Shown: positions 1 to 11,457, counted from the stretch's first letter. The stretch is 64,000 nucleotides of DNA from Chloroflexota bacterium (GCA_037444365.1 JBBIMO010000003.1:10854-74853), one strand, 5' to 3'. The notes: generated from the sequence alone by a model not told the origin. Translations and numbers: made by a program.

Positions 1-14
1 CTATCGAGCTATTT

Positions 15-1007
15 TTGGACAAGAAGTTTTTGGGAAGAGTCTACATAACCACCGACCCAAGAGCAGAACCATACGTGGCGCCATTCATAAGGCTATCAGC
101 CTCGATAGATCGCTCTCTTCTTCTGGGAGGCGCTCTGGCAATCACCATCGCGTTGATATTGACCTTTGTACTGTCACGGAGAATTACGTCACCCATCGAT
201 GCCCTTGCCAACGCAGCCAGACGACTGGGACGAGGAGACCTCTCTCAGAGAGTTCAGCTGCAGGGCGAGGGAGAGGTTACAGCACTGGCTCAAGCCTTCA
301 ACTCCATGGCTGTTGACCTGGAGCATGCCGAACAGTTACGACGGAATATGGTTGCCGATGTTGCCCACGAGTTGAGGACTCCTCTATCCAACATCCATGG
401 CTATCTGGAGGCAATTCGTGATGGAGTACTGGAGCCGGATGCTGCTATTATCAGCTCGCTGAATGAAGAGACAGCTTTGCTTTCGCGACTTGTTAACGAA
501 CTTCAGGAGCTGAGCCTCGTTGAAGCCGGCGAATTGAAGCTGGTTTATCAAACGGAAGACATCGCGAGCTTGATCAAGCAGGCGGTAACTCCCTGGCAGC
601 CACAATTGGCAGCGAAGGACCTTTCACTGTCCCTTGATTTGCCTGACAATCTGCCGTTGGTCAATATTGACTGGCAGCGTGTTAACCAGGTGCTGCACAA
701 TCTTCTGGAAAATGCCGTGGCTCATACTCAGCGGGGAGGCACTATCAGCCTGTGTGCCGAGGCGAAGGACGATTGGGTAGAGGTTAGCGTATCGGACACT
801 GGCGAAGGCATTCCTGCCGAGGACCTACCTCATATCTTTGAGCGCTTCTACAGAGTGGACAAGTCCCGCTCCAGAGCCACCGGAGGTAGTGGGCTGGGGC
901 TTACCATAGCCAAGCGGTTGGTGGAAGCCCATGGCGGAAAAATCACAGTCCAAAGCGTACTGAGAAAGGGAAGCCGTTTTTGCTTCAGCATTCCCGTCGC
1001 ACAATAG
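15..1007 (+). CDS. HAMP-domain sensor histidine kinase (BaeS-like), 5'-truncated by the window edge
   Basis: TM helix, HAMP, H-box [10 protein letters not shown]-box NLLENA, G-boxes DTGEG and GSGLGL; frame is open to the window start. Confidence 0.93.
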   Translation: MDKKFLGRVYITTDPRAEPYVAPFIRLSASIDRSLLLGGALAITIALILTFVLSRRITSPIDALANAARRLGRGDLSQRVQLQGEGEVTALAQAFNSMAVDLEHAEQLRRNMVADVAHELRTPLSNIHGYLEAIRDGVLEPDAAIISSLNEETALLSRLVNELQELSLVEAGELKLVYQTEDIASLIKQAVTPWQPQLAAKDLSLSLDLPDNLPLVNIDWQRVNQVLHNLLENAVAHTQRGGTISLCAEAKDDWVEVSVSDTGEGIPAEDLPHIFERFYRVDKSRSRATGGSGLGLTIAKRLVEAHGGKITVQSVLRKGSRFCFSIPVAQ

Positions 1008-1060
1008 TGTTCACTGTTGATGCCTGTGTGCTGCTCTTCTGGTCAGCATTACACCAAGGC

Positions 1061-1089
1061 TTGCCTTTTGCCTGGCGCTAGAGTATTAT
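1061..1089 (+). promoter_or_regulatory. sigma70-type promoter upstream of the small membrane-peptide ORF
   Basis: TTGCCT(1061-66)-N17-TATTAT(1084-89). Confidence 0.45.
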
Positions 1090-1121
1090 GGCAGCGAGTC
1101 GCCCGGCAAGTCCTCTACGAT

Positions 1122-1211
1122 ATGAACAAAAAGCTGTTGTTTGGTTTGTTAGCCCTGGGTGTGGCGATGATAGTAGCCGGGTTACTGATAGTGTTCCTGG
1201 GCCTACCTTAG
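1122..1211 (+). CDS. putative 29-aa single-pass membrane peptide
   Basis: MNKKLLFGLLALGVAMIVAGLLIVFLGLP: basic N-terminus plus one hydrophobic helix; promoter-like element upstream; no clear SD. Confidence 0.4.
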   Translation: MNKKLLFGLLALGVAMIVAGLLIVFLGLP

Positions 1212-1379
1212 ATTGGTCTTCCCTGCGGCTCGTTAGTCCTCTGGCGACTCTTGCCGGTTATTCTGTGAGTTCCCGGCAGTATCACTTTGAGAAGTCCACA
1301 CAACTCGTCACTGTTGAGCGGCTCGGGCGTTGCCGTAGGGGATACAGATCCGTTTGGCTCAGGGACGCGACCTACTAGT

Positions 1380-2513
1380 CTACCATTGCACAAACATGGG
1401 CATGACAACATGAACATAGTTGTCGACGCCTATGGGGCGGATTGTTCCCGGGCTCGAAGGAGTTGTGACTTCCAGAGCGACCTGCTCCTGGGGCAGGACA
1501 GATAGAACTTCAGACAGATACTTTACATTAAAGGCGATCTTTGCCTCCTCTCCATCAGTGAGCGCCTCGACTTCGCCGACATTGTCTCCAATTTCTTCAG
1601 CCTGAGCGGACAGAGTTACCTTTCCTGGAGAAAGTTCGCTACCCGGAGTGATGACCAGACGAACTATGCCGCTGGCGTCGCGAGCAAATATCGAAGACAT
1701 CTTGGCAACTCGTAGAAACTCACTAACGTCCACCACAGCCCGAGTGGTATAGCTTTGAGGAATAACCTGTGAATAATTGGGGAATGACCCCTGGATAAGT
1801 TGGGACACTATTTCAGCATCCTTAAGACGGAACAGAATCTGGCTCTTCTTGTCATTTACAGTGATTTCCACGGGCTCCTCTTGCTCGCCAAGAAGACGGC
1901 TGAGTTCACTTAGGGTTCTTGCCGGGATGATAATGGTGGTTTTATCCTTCACTGGTGAGCTAAGAGTTGTTTTGTGGACAGCCAGCCTGAATCCGTCAGC
2001 GGCCACCAGAGTTAAGTGGTCGCCATCGAACTCAGTATTGATTCCGGTCAGCACCGGCCGCGACTCTTCAGTAGCAGCGGCGAAGGCGACCTGCGCAATA
2101 CCTTCTCTCAGGCTGCCTGCCTCAATAGTGGTGGTTACGCCATCGCTTATCTGAGGGATGGGTGGAAAGTCTGTGGCCTCTACACCATGAAAGCGGGCTT
2201 GAAAGTGGCCACTCTTGAGCTCGAGGATGCGGCTGTTGGCGGGAAGATTCATTTCAATCAAGTCATTGGGCAAGGAATTCACAAAGTCGGTGAGCAGGCG
2301 AGCAGGGACGGTTATGTCTCCCTTCTGTTTCACCTTAGCACCAATCCAGCAGGTGATAGCCATTTCCAAGTTAGTGGCTGCTAGCCTCACGCGTGATTGT
2401 TCAGCGGACAAGAGGATATTCTGGGTGATAGGCAAAGTAGATCTGGTGGCTACGGCTCTCCCAACGATGCTTAGCCCCCTGCTTAGGTTCTCCTGAAGAC
2501 AGGACGATTTCAT
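1380..2513 (-). CDS. dnaN: DNA polymerase III beta sliding clamp
   Basis: ATNLE, SRPVLTGI, AADGFRLA, FPNYSQVIP, VVMPM motifs; ATG at 2513 preceded by GGGGAGG. Confidence 0.97.
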   Translation of the reverse strand: MKSSCLQENLSRGLSIVGRAVATRSTLPITQNILLSAEQSRVRLAATNLEMAITCWIGAKVKQKGDITVPARLLTDFVNSLPNDLIEMNLPANSRILELKSGHFQARFHGVEATDFPPIPQISDGVTTTIEAGSLREGIAQVAFAAATEESRPVLTGINTEFDGDHLTLVAADGFRLAVHKTTLSSPVKDKTTIIIPARTLSELSRLLGEQEEPVEITVNDKKSQILFRLKDAEIVSQLIQGSFPNYSQVIPQSYTTRAVVDVSEFLRVAKMSSIFARDASGIVRLVITPGSELSPGKVTLSAQAEEIGDNVGEVEALTDGEEAKIAFNVKYLSEVLSVLPQEQVALEVTTPSSPGTIRPIGVDNYVHVVMPMFVQW

Positions 2514-2541
2514 GATATACCTCCCCTCTCTGAGTAACGAC

Positions 2542-2570
2542 AGTATACTATCAAGAAGCGTAATAATCAA
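2542..2570 (-). promoter_or_regulatory. sigma70-type promoter of dnaN
   Basis: minus strand TTGATT-N17-TATACT. Confidence 0.6.
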
Positions 2571-2706
2571 TCATGGTATTTGACATAATAATCAATTTGC
2601 CGGAGACATACTTCTCTGCACTGACGCAGGCGACCCGGTCTACTTCCTGGCTGCAAGCCAGCACCTTGCCCTCCTTACTCTCCTGATACAGAACATCCCG
2701 CGCCGC

Positions 2707-4230
2707 TTATCGACCGGCAAGCGCCGTTAATTGCCTCAGTCTCGACTCGACTTCTTTGTTCACCATGTCAGGCGTGAATCGCCATGACCAGTTCCCCACC
2801 ACTGTACCCGGAATATTCATTCTGGCTGCGCTGCCCAATCCCAGAATATCCTGCATAGGGATGATGGCGGTATTGGGAGGAGACACAAGAGCCAGCCTGA
2901 TGAAATCCCAATTGATCTCGTGGCCCTCTGTGCCGAGATATGCTAGCGCCACCTGAGTCTCCCTTCTTCTCTCTTCTTGGCTCTGCGTACTATCCTTGAC
3001 ATCATCCCCTTTGAACCAGCCAAGAGTCGTGTTGTTATCATGCGTGCCGGTGTATACCACGCAATTTCGGGGATAATTATGTGGCCTGTACTGGTGAGCC
3101 TCAGGGCCACTACCAAAAGAGAATTGCAGGACTCTCATGCCGGGAAACCCAAGTTGGTCTCTCAGGGCATGTACTTCAGGCGTAATCGTTCCGAGGTCTT
3201 CAGCAATGATAGGCAGGGTGCCCAATGCCTCCTGTGCCGCGCGAAATAGCTTGGCTCCTGGCCCAGGTACCCATCTGCCATTCGAGGCAGTAGTATTTCC
3301 AGCTGGAATCTCCCAGTATTTCTCAAAGCCCCGAAAATGGTCCAATCTGATAATGTCCACCAACTTGCGCGCGGCCCTGAAACGTTCAATCCACCAAGCG
3401 TAGCCATCTCTGGCGATTACATCCCACCGATACAGAGGGTTTCCCCATAGCTGGCCTGTCTTGCTGAAGTAGTCAGGCGGAACTCCTGCCACTACGGTTG
3501 GTCTGCCGCTATCATCCAGATGAAACATTTCGGGATGCGACCAAACCTCGGCGCTGTCAAGCGCAACAAAGATAGGCATATCGCCGATGATCCTGATTCC
3601 GCGCTCCTTGCAGTATTTCCTTAGCTGCAACCACTGCTTGAAAAACTGGTATTGCTGATACTGGTGATAGCATATCTCCCGGCTCAATCTCTTTGCCCAA
3701 TGTTGCAGAGACTTCGCATGGCGCCTCTTGACATCATTTTCCCATGTATTCCAGGTGCTAAAGCCGTGAGCCTCTTTCAGTGCCATAAACAGCGAGTAGG
3801 TATCCAGCCAGGAGGCATTTCGCCGACAGAAGGTTCTGAATCGTTGCCGCTCGCCCCAGGCAGCCCTTCTTTCGAAAACCTCAAAAGACTTCTTCAGCAA
3901 GGGCATCTTGAACCTGATGACTAGGTCATAGTCAACTTTGCCATCGGAAAAAGAAGGTGGGTTTTCCAGGTCAGCTGATTCAAGAAACCCGTCTTGAACC
4001 AGCCTCTCGAGACTGACGAGCAAAGGATTGCCGGCGAAGACTGAAAGACACTGATATGGAGAATTGCCATAGCCTGTGGGACCCAGCGGCAAAATTTGCC
4101 ACACATGCTGCCCGGCGCCAGCCACAAAATCTATGAATTGACGCGCCTCGTTTCCCAAATCTCCTATTCCGAATCGGCCCGGAAGTGAGGTTGGATGCAG
4201 TAGTATGCCACTTTCCCTGAAGAAGCTCAT
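2707..4230 (-). CDS. malQ: 4-alpha-glucanotransferase (amylomaltase, GH77)
   Basis: SGILLHPTSLP, GVPPDYFSKTGQLWGNP, RLDHFRG, IAEDLG, TGTHDN. Confidence 0.97.
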   Translation of the reverse strand: MSFFRESGILLHPTSLPGRFGIGDLGNEARQFIDFVAGAGQHVWQILPLGPTGYGNSPYQCLSVFAGNPLLVSLERLVQDGFLESADLENPPSFSDGKVDYDLVIRFKMPLLKKSFEVFERRAAWGERQRFRTFCRRNASWLDTYSLFMALKEAHGFSTWNTWENDVKRRHAKSLQHWAKRLSREICYHQYQQYQFFKQWLQLRKYCKERGIRIIGDMPIFVALDSAEVWSHPEMFHLDDSGRPTVVAGVPPDYFSKTGQLWGNPLYRWDVIARDGYAWWIERFRAARKLVDIIRLDHFRGFEKYWEIPAGNTTASNGRWVPGPGAKLFRAAQEALGTLPIIAEDLGTITPEVHALRDQLGFPGMRVLQFSFGSGPEAHQYRPHNYPRNCVVYTGTHDNNTTLGWFKGDDVKDSTQSQEERRRETQVALAYLGTEGHEINWDFIRLALVSPPNTAIIPMQDILGLGSAARMNIPGTVVGNWSWRFTPDMVNKEVESRLRQLTALAGR

Positions 4231-4454
4231 GATGCCTTATCCTTCATAAGTTCCGTAGGACGGTCGCCAGGACTCGGATGGAGAAGTCACTTAGTTCGCC
4301 ATGCCTGCGGTTGCCCACAATCGCCGATTATCTTGGAATCTTTGGTCTCATCAGTATACAATATGAAATTAAGAGCAAACAACGCCGGTTGGATGTTGCC
4401 CCAAAATAGGCGGCGACCGAAAATGGAGTTTGGCGTACCCAAGGAGGGATCGAA

Positions 4455-5453
4455 ATGCGGGATGATATGAAGCTTCTGACTCTGGGAATCGACCTCGGCG
4501 GGAGCAAGATACTGACGGCTGTGGTGGACCCTCAGGGCAAGATGCTTTCGAGTGATGAGACGACAACTCCTGCCACGAAGGAGCGCGAAGTACTAATACA
4601 AGCTGTTCTGGACTCGACGCACCGCGCCCTGCATCAGGCAGGTATCACCGTTTCAGCCCTCTGTGCCATAGGGGTTGGCGCGGCTGGCATCTCTAGTCCC
4701 GAGGCAGGGATACTGTTTACCTCGCCAAACCTACCAGCGTTGCGCAATGTCCTTTTCAGAGACATCATGCAGGAGAAGCTCGGTCGAAGAACCTTTCTCA
4801 TCAATGATGCTGACGCCTCTGCCATAGGTGAATTGCATTTTGGTGCCGCCAGGGGTATCCGCAATTTCATCTATGTTACCCTGAGCACCGGTATCGGTGG
4901 GGGCATCGTGATTGATGGCGAAATCTTCACGGGAGCCATCGGCGCCGCCGGAGAGGTGGGACACATGACCATTGACCATAACGGCCCCACCTGCAACTGT
5001 GGAAATAGAGGGTGCTGGGAAACACTGGCTTCAGGGACAGCCCTGGCTAGGGAGGCAAGGAGACAGATTGAAGCAGGGGTCAGAACATCCATTCTGGAAT
5101 GCGCCGGGGGGAACACAGAAAAAATTACGGCTCAGGTTATTCATACCGCTGCTCAGCAGGGTGATAACGTGGCCAAGGAGCTAATTGCTCGGACCGGCTA
5201 CTACGTCGGCGTAGGCCTAGCTAATCTAATAAATATATTCAATCCCGAGCTAATAGTTATCGGGGGTGGTTTGTCAAGCATCGGTGATATGTTGCTCAAG
5301 CCGGCCTTCAAAGTGGCCGGAGACCGGGCATTCAAGGAAGCTTTCCAGGCTGTCCGGTTCTGCCCTGCTGGGCTGGGACCAAATTCCGGTGTGCTTGGCG
5401 CTGCCGCCTTTGCACTCCAAGAGGTGAGAAGGCTTACTCGTCAGCAAACGTAG
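4455..5453 (+). CDS. ROK-family sugar kinase (probable glucokinase)
   Basis: GIDLGGSK, NDADA, GTGIGGG-like motif, EVGH, CNCGNRGCWE; SD AAGGAGG. Confidence 0.9.
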   Translation: MRDDMKLLTLGIDLGGSKILTAVVDPQGKMLSSDETTTPATKEREVLIQAVLDSTHRALHQAGITVSALCAIGVGAAGISSPEAGILFTSPNLPALRNVLFRDIMQEKLGRRTFLINDADASAIGELHFGAARGIRNFIYVTLSTGIGGGIVIDGEIFTGAIGAAGEVGHMTIDHNGPTCNCGNRGCWETLASGTALAREARRQIEAGVRTSILECAGGNTEKITAQVIHTAAQQGDNVAKELIARTGYYVGVGLANLINIFNPELIVIGGGLSSIGDMLLKPAFKVAGDRAFKEAFQAVRFCPAGLGPNSGVLGAAAFALQEVRRLTRQQT

Positions 5454-5480
5454 CGATGCGGCATATCAACAGGTGACGTA

Positions 5481-6473
5481 ATGAATGTGTCCGTTGGCAA
5501 ACTGAGAGGACTTCAACAACTGGCCAATTCCAATGGCATGATGACAATGTGTGCTATAGACCACAGAGGGGCCCTCAGGCGAGCTATGAACCAGAATGAC
5601 CCTGCTGCGGTGAGCTATCAAGATATGGTTAACTTCAAGCTTGACCTTTGTCAGGCGGTAGTACCTTTTGCCAGTGCAATACTGCTTGACCCTGAATACG
5701 GAGCCGCTCAAGCTGTAGCTGCTGGCATAATGCCCGGATCCAAGGGGCTCCTTGTCAGCATGGAGAAGACCGGCTATGCCGGAGAAAGGCGGGCCAGAAT
5801 TACTGAGGTTTTGCCAGGGTGGAACGTAAAGAAGGCTAAGAAGATGGGCGCCTCAGCCGTTAAGCTTCTAGTCTACTTCAGGCCGGACTTGAAAGAGGTC
5901 GCCTCAAAACAACTCGATGTTGTAGCCAGATTGGCTGATCAATGTCTAGAAGAGGATGTCGCTTTTCTGGTTGAGCCGGTGAGCTATCCGACCGAAGAAG
6001 GCGAGGCATTTTCGAAGGAGTTTGCTGAGATAAAACCCGGACTTGTAGTTGAAACTGCGCGGCAGATTACGGCGTTGCCGATTGACGTATTGAAGGCGGA
6101 GTTCCCGGCGGATACCAGGTTTGAACAGGACGAGGGCGAGTTGCTCAGATTGTGCCGGGAATTGAATGAGGCATCCCGGTTGCCCTGGGTGCTGCTTAGC
6201 GCCGGAGTCGACTATGAATCGTTCAGGAAGCAGGTTAAGATAGCCTGTCAGGCAGGAGCCTGCGGCTTCCTGGCAGGCCGTGCTCTGTGGCAAGAGGGCG
6301 CCCGGATTCGTTCCAGGGAAGAAAGGCTCGATTTCTTTCGCAACACAGCTGCTGCTAGGTTGAAAGAGCTAGCTGGAATGGCTGATAGTTACGGCAGACC
6401 ATGGTACTCCAAGTTAGAGGCTGACGACAGCAAATCTCCGCCCGTAGCCGAGGACTGGTACAAAAACTATTGA
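5481..6473 (+). CDS. LacD-family class I aldolase (tagatose-1,6-bisphosphate aldolase-like)
   Basis: AIDHRGAL, AILLDPEYG, AVKLL, DVLKAEFP, LLSAGV, GFLAGRALW. Confidence 0.88.
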   Translation: MNVSVGKLRGLQQLANSNGMMTMCAIDHRGALRRAMNQNDPAAVSYQDMVNFKLDLCQAVVPFASAILLDPEYGAAQAVAAGIMPGSKGLLVSMEKTGYAGERRARITEVLPGWNVKKAKKMGASAVKLLVYFRPDLKEVASKQLDVVARLADQCLEEDVAFLVEPVSYPTEEGEAFSKEFAEIKPGLVVETARQITALPIDVLKAEFPADTRFEQDEGELLRLCRELNEASRLPWVLLSAGVDYESFRKQVKIACQAGACGFLAGRALWQEGARIRSREERLDFFRNTAAARLKELAGMADSYGRPWYSKLEADDSKSPPVAEDWYKNY

Positions 6474-6524
6474 GTTTGCAGCGCCTCCTCTCGAAAGACG
6501 GAAACGTTGAGGAGGACGCGTGTC

Positions 6525-7976
6525 ATGATGAAGCACCATATGAAACGCTCGATTTCTTTTCAAAGGCGGACTAAGATAGTATGTACTATCGGTCCAGCTA
6601 CCAGCTCATCTGCCGCTATTGAGCAACTGATCAGAGCGGGCATGAATGTCGCCAGACTCAATCTATCCCACGGTACCTGCAGCGAACATGCACGTCACAT
6701 CCGGACCGTCAGGAGGCTATCACACCGTCTGGCAATTCCTGTCGCCATACTCATGGACTTGCCCGGGCCGAAGTATCGTACGGGCAAACTGACGAGCGGC
6801 CAAGCGACTCTGAGGAGAGGGGCAGAGGTTATCTTAACCACAAGACAGGTGACGGGAGACGATGAATTAATTCCAGTTGGTTCTTCCGCCTTCGCTCGGG
6901 ACGCAAAAGTGAGAGATACTGTATTGCTCGACGATGGTGCGATGCAACTCAGGGTGATTGAGAAGCAAGGTACAGAGATCAGATGCAAGGTGGTAGTAGG
7001 GGGTATGCTCACCGAGGGACGGGGGGTGGTAGTGCCCGGGATGCGCTTCTCTGGCTCTTTCGTCACGGATGCTATGCTGGAGTGTATTCTCTTCGCTCTC
7101 AAACAGCAGCCGGATTATCTGGCTCTATCTTTCGTCAGCGACGCCAGAGATGTGAGCAGTGTCAGAACCATTCTGCACCAGAACGGCACAGATATACCGA
7201 TCATTGCCAAGATTGAAAGGGGGATAGCAGTCAACAAATTTGACAGTATACTGGTGGCTAGTGACGGCGTGATGGTGGCTCGAGGAGATCTCGGCGTGGA
7301 CATTCCTCTGGAGAGAGTGCCGGTGGTGCAGAAGGAGATTGTCAGGAAATGTAATCGGGCAGGTAAGCCAGTAATCACCGCCACACAGATGTTGGAGTCA
7401 ATGGTGCACGCCCTCAGGCCAACACGGGCCGAGGTCACCGACGTGGCTAATGCCATATTTGATGGTACCGACGCCGTAATGCTCTCTGCGGAGACATCCG
7501 TCGGGAAGTACCCGGTGCAGACAGTCAAAATGATGTCAAGGATTGCTCGGGAAACAGAAAATAGGTTACCCTACGAGCAGATACTCTCCGAAAGAGGGAG
7601 GTGGTTGGAGCAAAAGACGGATGAATTGATAAGCTATAATGCCTGCCATACAGCGCAGACTTTGGGAGCAGCTGCTCTTGTGGCCTTCACACAGTCTGGC
7701 AGCACAGCAGGGCGGGTATCAAAATACCGACCCAGGATGCCTATTCTGGCAATCACGCCTGATGCCAAGGTAGCGGGGAGATTAATGCTGAACTGGAGTG
7801 TTTACCCCTTTGAGATAGCCAAAGTTTCATCAGTTGATCAATTGTTCGCAACAGCGTCTAAGCTTTGCAGAGAGCTAGGGCTGGCAAAGCCTGGTGACTT
7901 GATAGTGATAACCGGTGGCGTTCCTATCGGAACTGCTGGCTCCACAAATCTGCTTAAGGTGGAGAAGATCCAGTGA
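6525..7976 (+). CDS. pyk: pyruvate kinase
   Basis: RRTKIVCTIGP, ARLNLSHG, IIAKIE, MVARGDLG, ATQMLESM, RAEVTDVANA; SD GAGGAGG before ATG 6525. Confidence 0.97.
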   Translation: MMKHHMKRSISFQRRTKIVCTIGPATSSSAAIEQLIRAGMNVARLNLSHGTCSEHARHIRTVRRLSHRLAIPVAILMDLPGPKYRTGKLTSGQATLRRGAEVILTTRQVTGDDELIPVGSSAFARDAKVRDTVLLDDGAMQLRVIEKQGTEIRCKVVVGGMLTEGRGVVVPGMRFSGSFVTDAMLECILFALKQQPDYLALSFVSDARDVSSVRTILHQNGTDIPIIAKIERGIAVNKFDSILVASDGVMVARGDLGVDIPLERVPVVQKEIVRKCNRAGKPVITATQMLESMVHALRPTRAEVTDVANAIFDGTDAVMLSAETSVGKYPVQTVKMMSRIARETENRLPYEQILSERGRWLEQKTDELISYNACHTAQTLGAAALVAFTQSGSTAGRVSKYRPRMPILAITPDAKVAGRLMLNWSVYPFEIAKVSSVDQLFATASKLCRELGLAKPGDLIVITGGVPIGTAGSTNLLKVEKIQ

Positions 7977-8048
7977 TTCCGACGGATAATTCCCTGCAAG
8001 CTCCCCACACAGAGGTCCTGCAGTGTATTGGGGAATAGTTGGCGCGCC

Positions 8049-10019
8049 TTACCGTGACGGTCTTAGGAATACAGCAGCTAGCGGCGGTGAGGTGATGGTC
8101 AAAGTATAGGGACGGCCGTGACAGGGCTTTGGCGCAGCTTCGATCCCACCGAGATTGCCTTGCCCGCTCCCACCATATTCCAGGGCGTCGCTGTTGAGTA
8201 GCTCGCTCCAGAATCCTGGTTGCGAGACTCCAATTCTGTAGTTGAAGTGGGTGACAGGGGTGAAGTTACACACCACGACGATAGCGTCATCCCGAGACCG
8301 CCCTTTGCGCATGAGAGTAATGACACTGTTCTCTACGTCGTTACAGTCAATCCATTCGAAACCTGCCGAATCAAAATCCACCTGGTAAAGGGCAGGCTGA
8401 CTCCGATATACGCGGTTCAGGTCGCTTACCCATTGCTGAAGCCCGGAGTGCGGTGAGTACTGAAGCAGGTGCCATTCCAGGCTCTCATCGTGCATCCACT
8501 CGCGCCACTGGCCAAGTTCGCCTCCCATAAACAGGAGCTTTTTGCCGGGTTGAGCATACATATACCCCAGAACCAGTCTTAAGTTGGCAAACCGTTGCCA
8601 TTCGTCTCCCGGCATTTTCCCCAAGAGTGAACCCTTGCCGTGCGTCACCTCATCATGAGAAAGAGGCAGCACGAAGTTCTCAAAAAAGGCGTACAAAAGA
8701 CGAAAGGTCAGGCTGTTGTGATGATACTTTCGATAGACAGGATCCTTGGTCATGTAGCCCAAGGTATCGTGCATCCACCCCATGTCCCATTTCAGGCCGA
8801 ATCCGAGACCTCCTAGATAAGTTGGACGAGAAACCCTGGGCCAAGCAGTGGACTCCTCGGCGATGGTTTGCACATCAGGCTTCTCCTGGTAGATAACTTC
8901 ATTTAATCGTCGTGAGAAGGCAATGGCCTCCAAATTCTCGCGTCCGCCGTAGCGATTGGGTACCCATTCACCCTCTTTGCGACCATAATCCAAATACAGC
9001 ATGGAAGCCACGGCGTCAACGCGCAAACCATCAACGTGGTATTTGTCGAGCCAGAACAATGCGTTGCTAATGAGAAAGCTTCTCACTTCTTGCCGACCAT
9101 AATTGAAAATAAGGCTGTTCCAGTCGGGATGGATGCCCTGTCTCGGGTCACGATGTTCGTAGAGATGTGTTCCGTCAAAATATCCCAGACCATGTTCATC
9201 ATTGGGGAAATGAGAAGGTACCCAATCGAGGATTATGCCGATGTCATACTGGTGTAGATAGTCAACAAGATACATAAAATCCTGGGGGGTGCCATAGCGA
9301 CTTGTAGGGGCAAAGTAACCTGTCACCTGATAGCCCCAGGAGCCATAGAATGGGTGTTCCATCACCGGCAGAAACTCAACATGGGTGAATCCCAGCTTCT
9401 TCACGTATTCAGCCAGTCTGGGAGCCAGTTCCCGGTAGCTGAGGAAGCGATTCCCTTCCCCAGACCCTCGTTGCCAGGAGCCCAGATGAACCTCGTAGAT
9501 AGAGATGGGAGCATCAAGAGCATTACGAGTGCGTCGCTGCTCCATCCACGCCTGGTCTCCCCAGTTGTAATTCAAATCCCAGACGATGGAAGCTGTCTTG
9601 GGCGGTATTTCGTTATAGAAAGCCAGTGGGTCAGCTTTTTCCACACAATAGCCCCGATGATGAGAGACAATGTAATACTTGTAGATTGTACCCTTGGTCA
9701 CAGAGGGGATGAACCCCTCCCAAACACCCGATTGCCCCTTCGGATGCAATAAATGGCTAAGCTTATGCCAACCATTGAAGTCACCTATGACTGAAACCTG
9801 CCTGGCATTTGGGGCCCAGACGGCAAAATTGGTGCCTTCTACTCCGCCCACCCTTGTGGGATGAGCTCCAAGCTTCTCGTAAAGCCGATAGTGTGACCCT
9901 TCATTAAACAGAAAAAGGTCGTTATTGCTGAGTATGCTCACATCATAGCGCACTGACTGAGCATTCATCTTATCCGTAGAGGATACCGCGTCACTGCTTC
10001 TGTCCCTTTTCTCTGTCAT
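8049..10019 (-). CDS. glgB: 1,4-alpha-glucan branching enzyme (GH13)
   Basis: [41 protein letters not shown]. Confidence 0.97.
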   Translation of the reverse strand: MTEKRDRSSDAVSSTDKMNAQSVRYDVSILSNNDLFLFNEGSHYRLYEKLGAHPTRVGGVEGTNFAVWAPNARQVSVIGDFNGWHKLSHLLHPKGQSGVWEGFIPSVTKGTIYKYYIVSHHRGYCVEKADPLAFYNEIPPKTASIVWDLNYNWGDQAWMEQRRTRNALDAPISIYEVHLGSWQRGSGEGNRFLSYRELAPRLAEYVKKLGFTHVEFLPVMEHPFYGSWGYQVTGYFAPTSRYGTPQDFMYLVDYLHQYDIGIILDWVPSHFPNDEHGLGYFDGTHLYEHRDPRQGIHPDWNSLIFNYGRQEVRSFLISNALFWLDKYHVDGLRVDAVASMLYLDYGRKEGEWVPNRYGGRENLEAIAFSRRLNEVIYQEKPDVQTIAEESTAWPRVSRPTYLGGLGFGLKWDMGWMHDTLGYMTKDPVYRKYHHNSLTFRLLYAFFENFVLPLSHDEVTHGKGSLLGKMPGDEWQRFANLRLVLGYMYAQPGKKLLFMGGELGQWREWMHDESLEWHLLQYSPHSGLQQWVSDLNRVYRSQPALYQVDFDSAGFEWIDCNDVENSVITLMRKGRSRDDAIVVVCNFTPVTHFNYRIGVSQPGFWSELLNSDALEYGGSGQGNLGGIEAAPKPCHGRPYTLTITSPPLAAVFLRPSR

Positions 10020-10042
10020 TTGCCGATAGGGTATCCTGTCTG

Positions 10043-11449
10043 TTATGCATCCAGCGCCTGTAGATAAAGGTCTTCGTATTTCCTAGCCGAGGATTTCCAG
10101 GAAAAATCCAGCCGCATATTGTGCCTCAGCAGGTTCTTCCACTCCTCCCGGCGGTAAAAGCAGGCCTCAGCTCTTCTTATCGCCACCAGCATTTCCGAGA
10201 CAGTGTAGCTTTGAAACACAAAGCCATTCCCATTCCCTTCGCCCACATCCTTGACTGTATCAGCCAGTCCCCCGGTATGTCGCACCACAGGGATGGCACC
10301 ATAGTGCATGGCGATTAGCTGCCCCAATCCACAGGGCTCGAAGCGAGAAGGCATAAGAAATATATCGCACCCGCCGTAGATAAGACGGGCCAATCGTTCG
10401 TCATTACCAATGAATACTGAGAGACGCTCTGGATACTTGAGTGCCGCTTGGGTGAGCAATTCATGATAATGCTCCCGTCCTTCACCAAGAACAACCAGTT
10501 GTGTTTTTGTTTGTTCAACAACCTGATCAATAGCCTGCAGCAACAAGTCAATCCCCTTCTGGTCCTCAAGGCGAGACACCATGCCAATCAAAGGGACATC
10601 AGGGTTCTGCAACAGGTCACTCCTCTTTTGCAGGGCAAGCTTGTTCCCAATTCTTCTTTCTAGCGCCATCGCATCATAGTTTCTCTCCAGACAGCGATCC
10701 GTAGCTGGGTTGTATTCTTCATAATCAATACCATTAACTATGCCATGCAGGTCATCACGACGATAGTTCAATAATGGATCCAAACCTTCGCCATATTGTG
10801 GTGTGAGTATCTCCGAGGCGTAAGCAGGGCTGACCGCGGTCACGATGTCTGCCAGAAGAATTCCCTGGCTCATGAAGCTGAGCGATGGTCTGGGAGCACT
10901 GACTGGAATGTGCTTCTCCCATACAGAAGAAAGCCCGGAGTCGACGAAAAACTGTTGACCGAAGTGGCCCTGATAAGCAAGGTTATGAATGGTAAACACG
11001 CAAGGTAGCTTGATCCCTGCTTTCTTCAGCCACAAAGGTACCAGGGCGCTATGCCAATCATGGCAATGAACAATATCGGGACGAAAATCAAGTTGGGAGA
11101 GAATGGCCGGGATGGTCAGCGAAAAAAAGCAGAAGCGCCTTATTTCATCCCGGGTATAGATTTCCTCGGTTCCAAAGTGATGGTCATTGTCCACCAGGTA
11201 TACCGGTATTCTCTTTCTTAGCCTAACCGTTTTCAGGGATACTGGTTCAGGATGGCCCATGAATTCGACAGCGAAATCACCCCCTCGAATGTCCCGGACG
11301 GGAATTCTTATGCTACCGTATCTAGGCAATATCAGACATGGCTCATGCCCTAAGTCACGGAGAGCTACGGCTAAAGAGCTTGTGACATCAGCCAGTCCAC
11401 CTATTTTGGCCAAAGGGAAAGCCTCAGCGGCTATGAACAGGATTTTCAT
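10043..11449 (-). CDS. glgA: glycogen synthase (GT5)
   Basis: [32 protein letters not shown]. Confidence 0.97.
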   Translation of the reverse strand: MKILFIAAEAFPLAKIGGLADVTSSLAVALRDLGHEPCLILPRYGSIRIPVRDIRGGDFAVEFMGHPEPVSLKTVRLRKRIPVYLVDNDHHFGTEEIYTRDEIRRFCFFSLTIPAILSQLDFRPDIVHCHDWHSALVPLWLKKAGIKLPCVFTIHNLAYQGHFGQQFFVDSGLSSVWEKHIPVSAPRPSLSFMSQGILLADIVTAVSPAYASEILTPQYGEGLDPLLNYRRDDLHGIVNGIDYEEYNPATDRCLERNYDAMALERRIGNKLALQKRSDLLQNPDVPLIGMVSRLEDQKGIDLLLQAIDQVVEQTKTQLVVLGEGREHYHELLTQAALKYPERLSVFIGNDERLARLIYGGCDIFLMPSRFEPCGLGQLIAMHYGAIPVVRHTGGLADTVKDVGEGNGNGFVFQSYTVSEMLVAIRRAEACFYRREEWKNLLRHNMRLDFSWKSSARKYEDLYLQALDA

Positions 11450-11457
11450 TGTTGGCG

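Noticed and set aside
2580-2706. SRP RNA or another ncRNA between dnaN and malQ
   Set aside because: Only a partial GGAAG-like similarity; the conserved SRP domain IV could not be formed.
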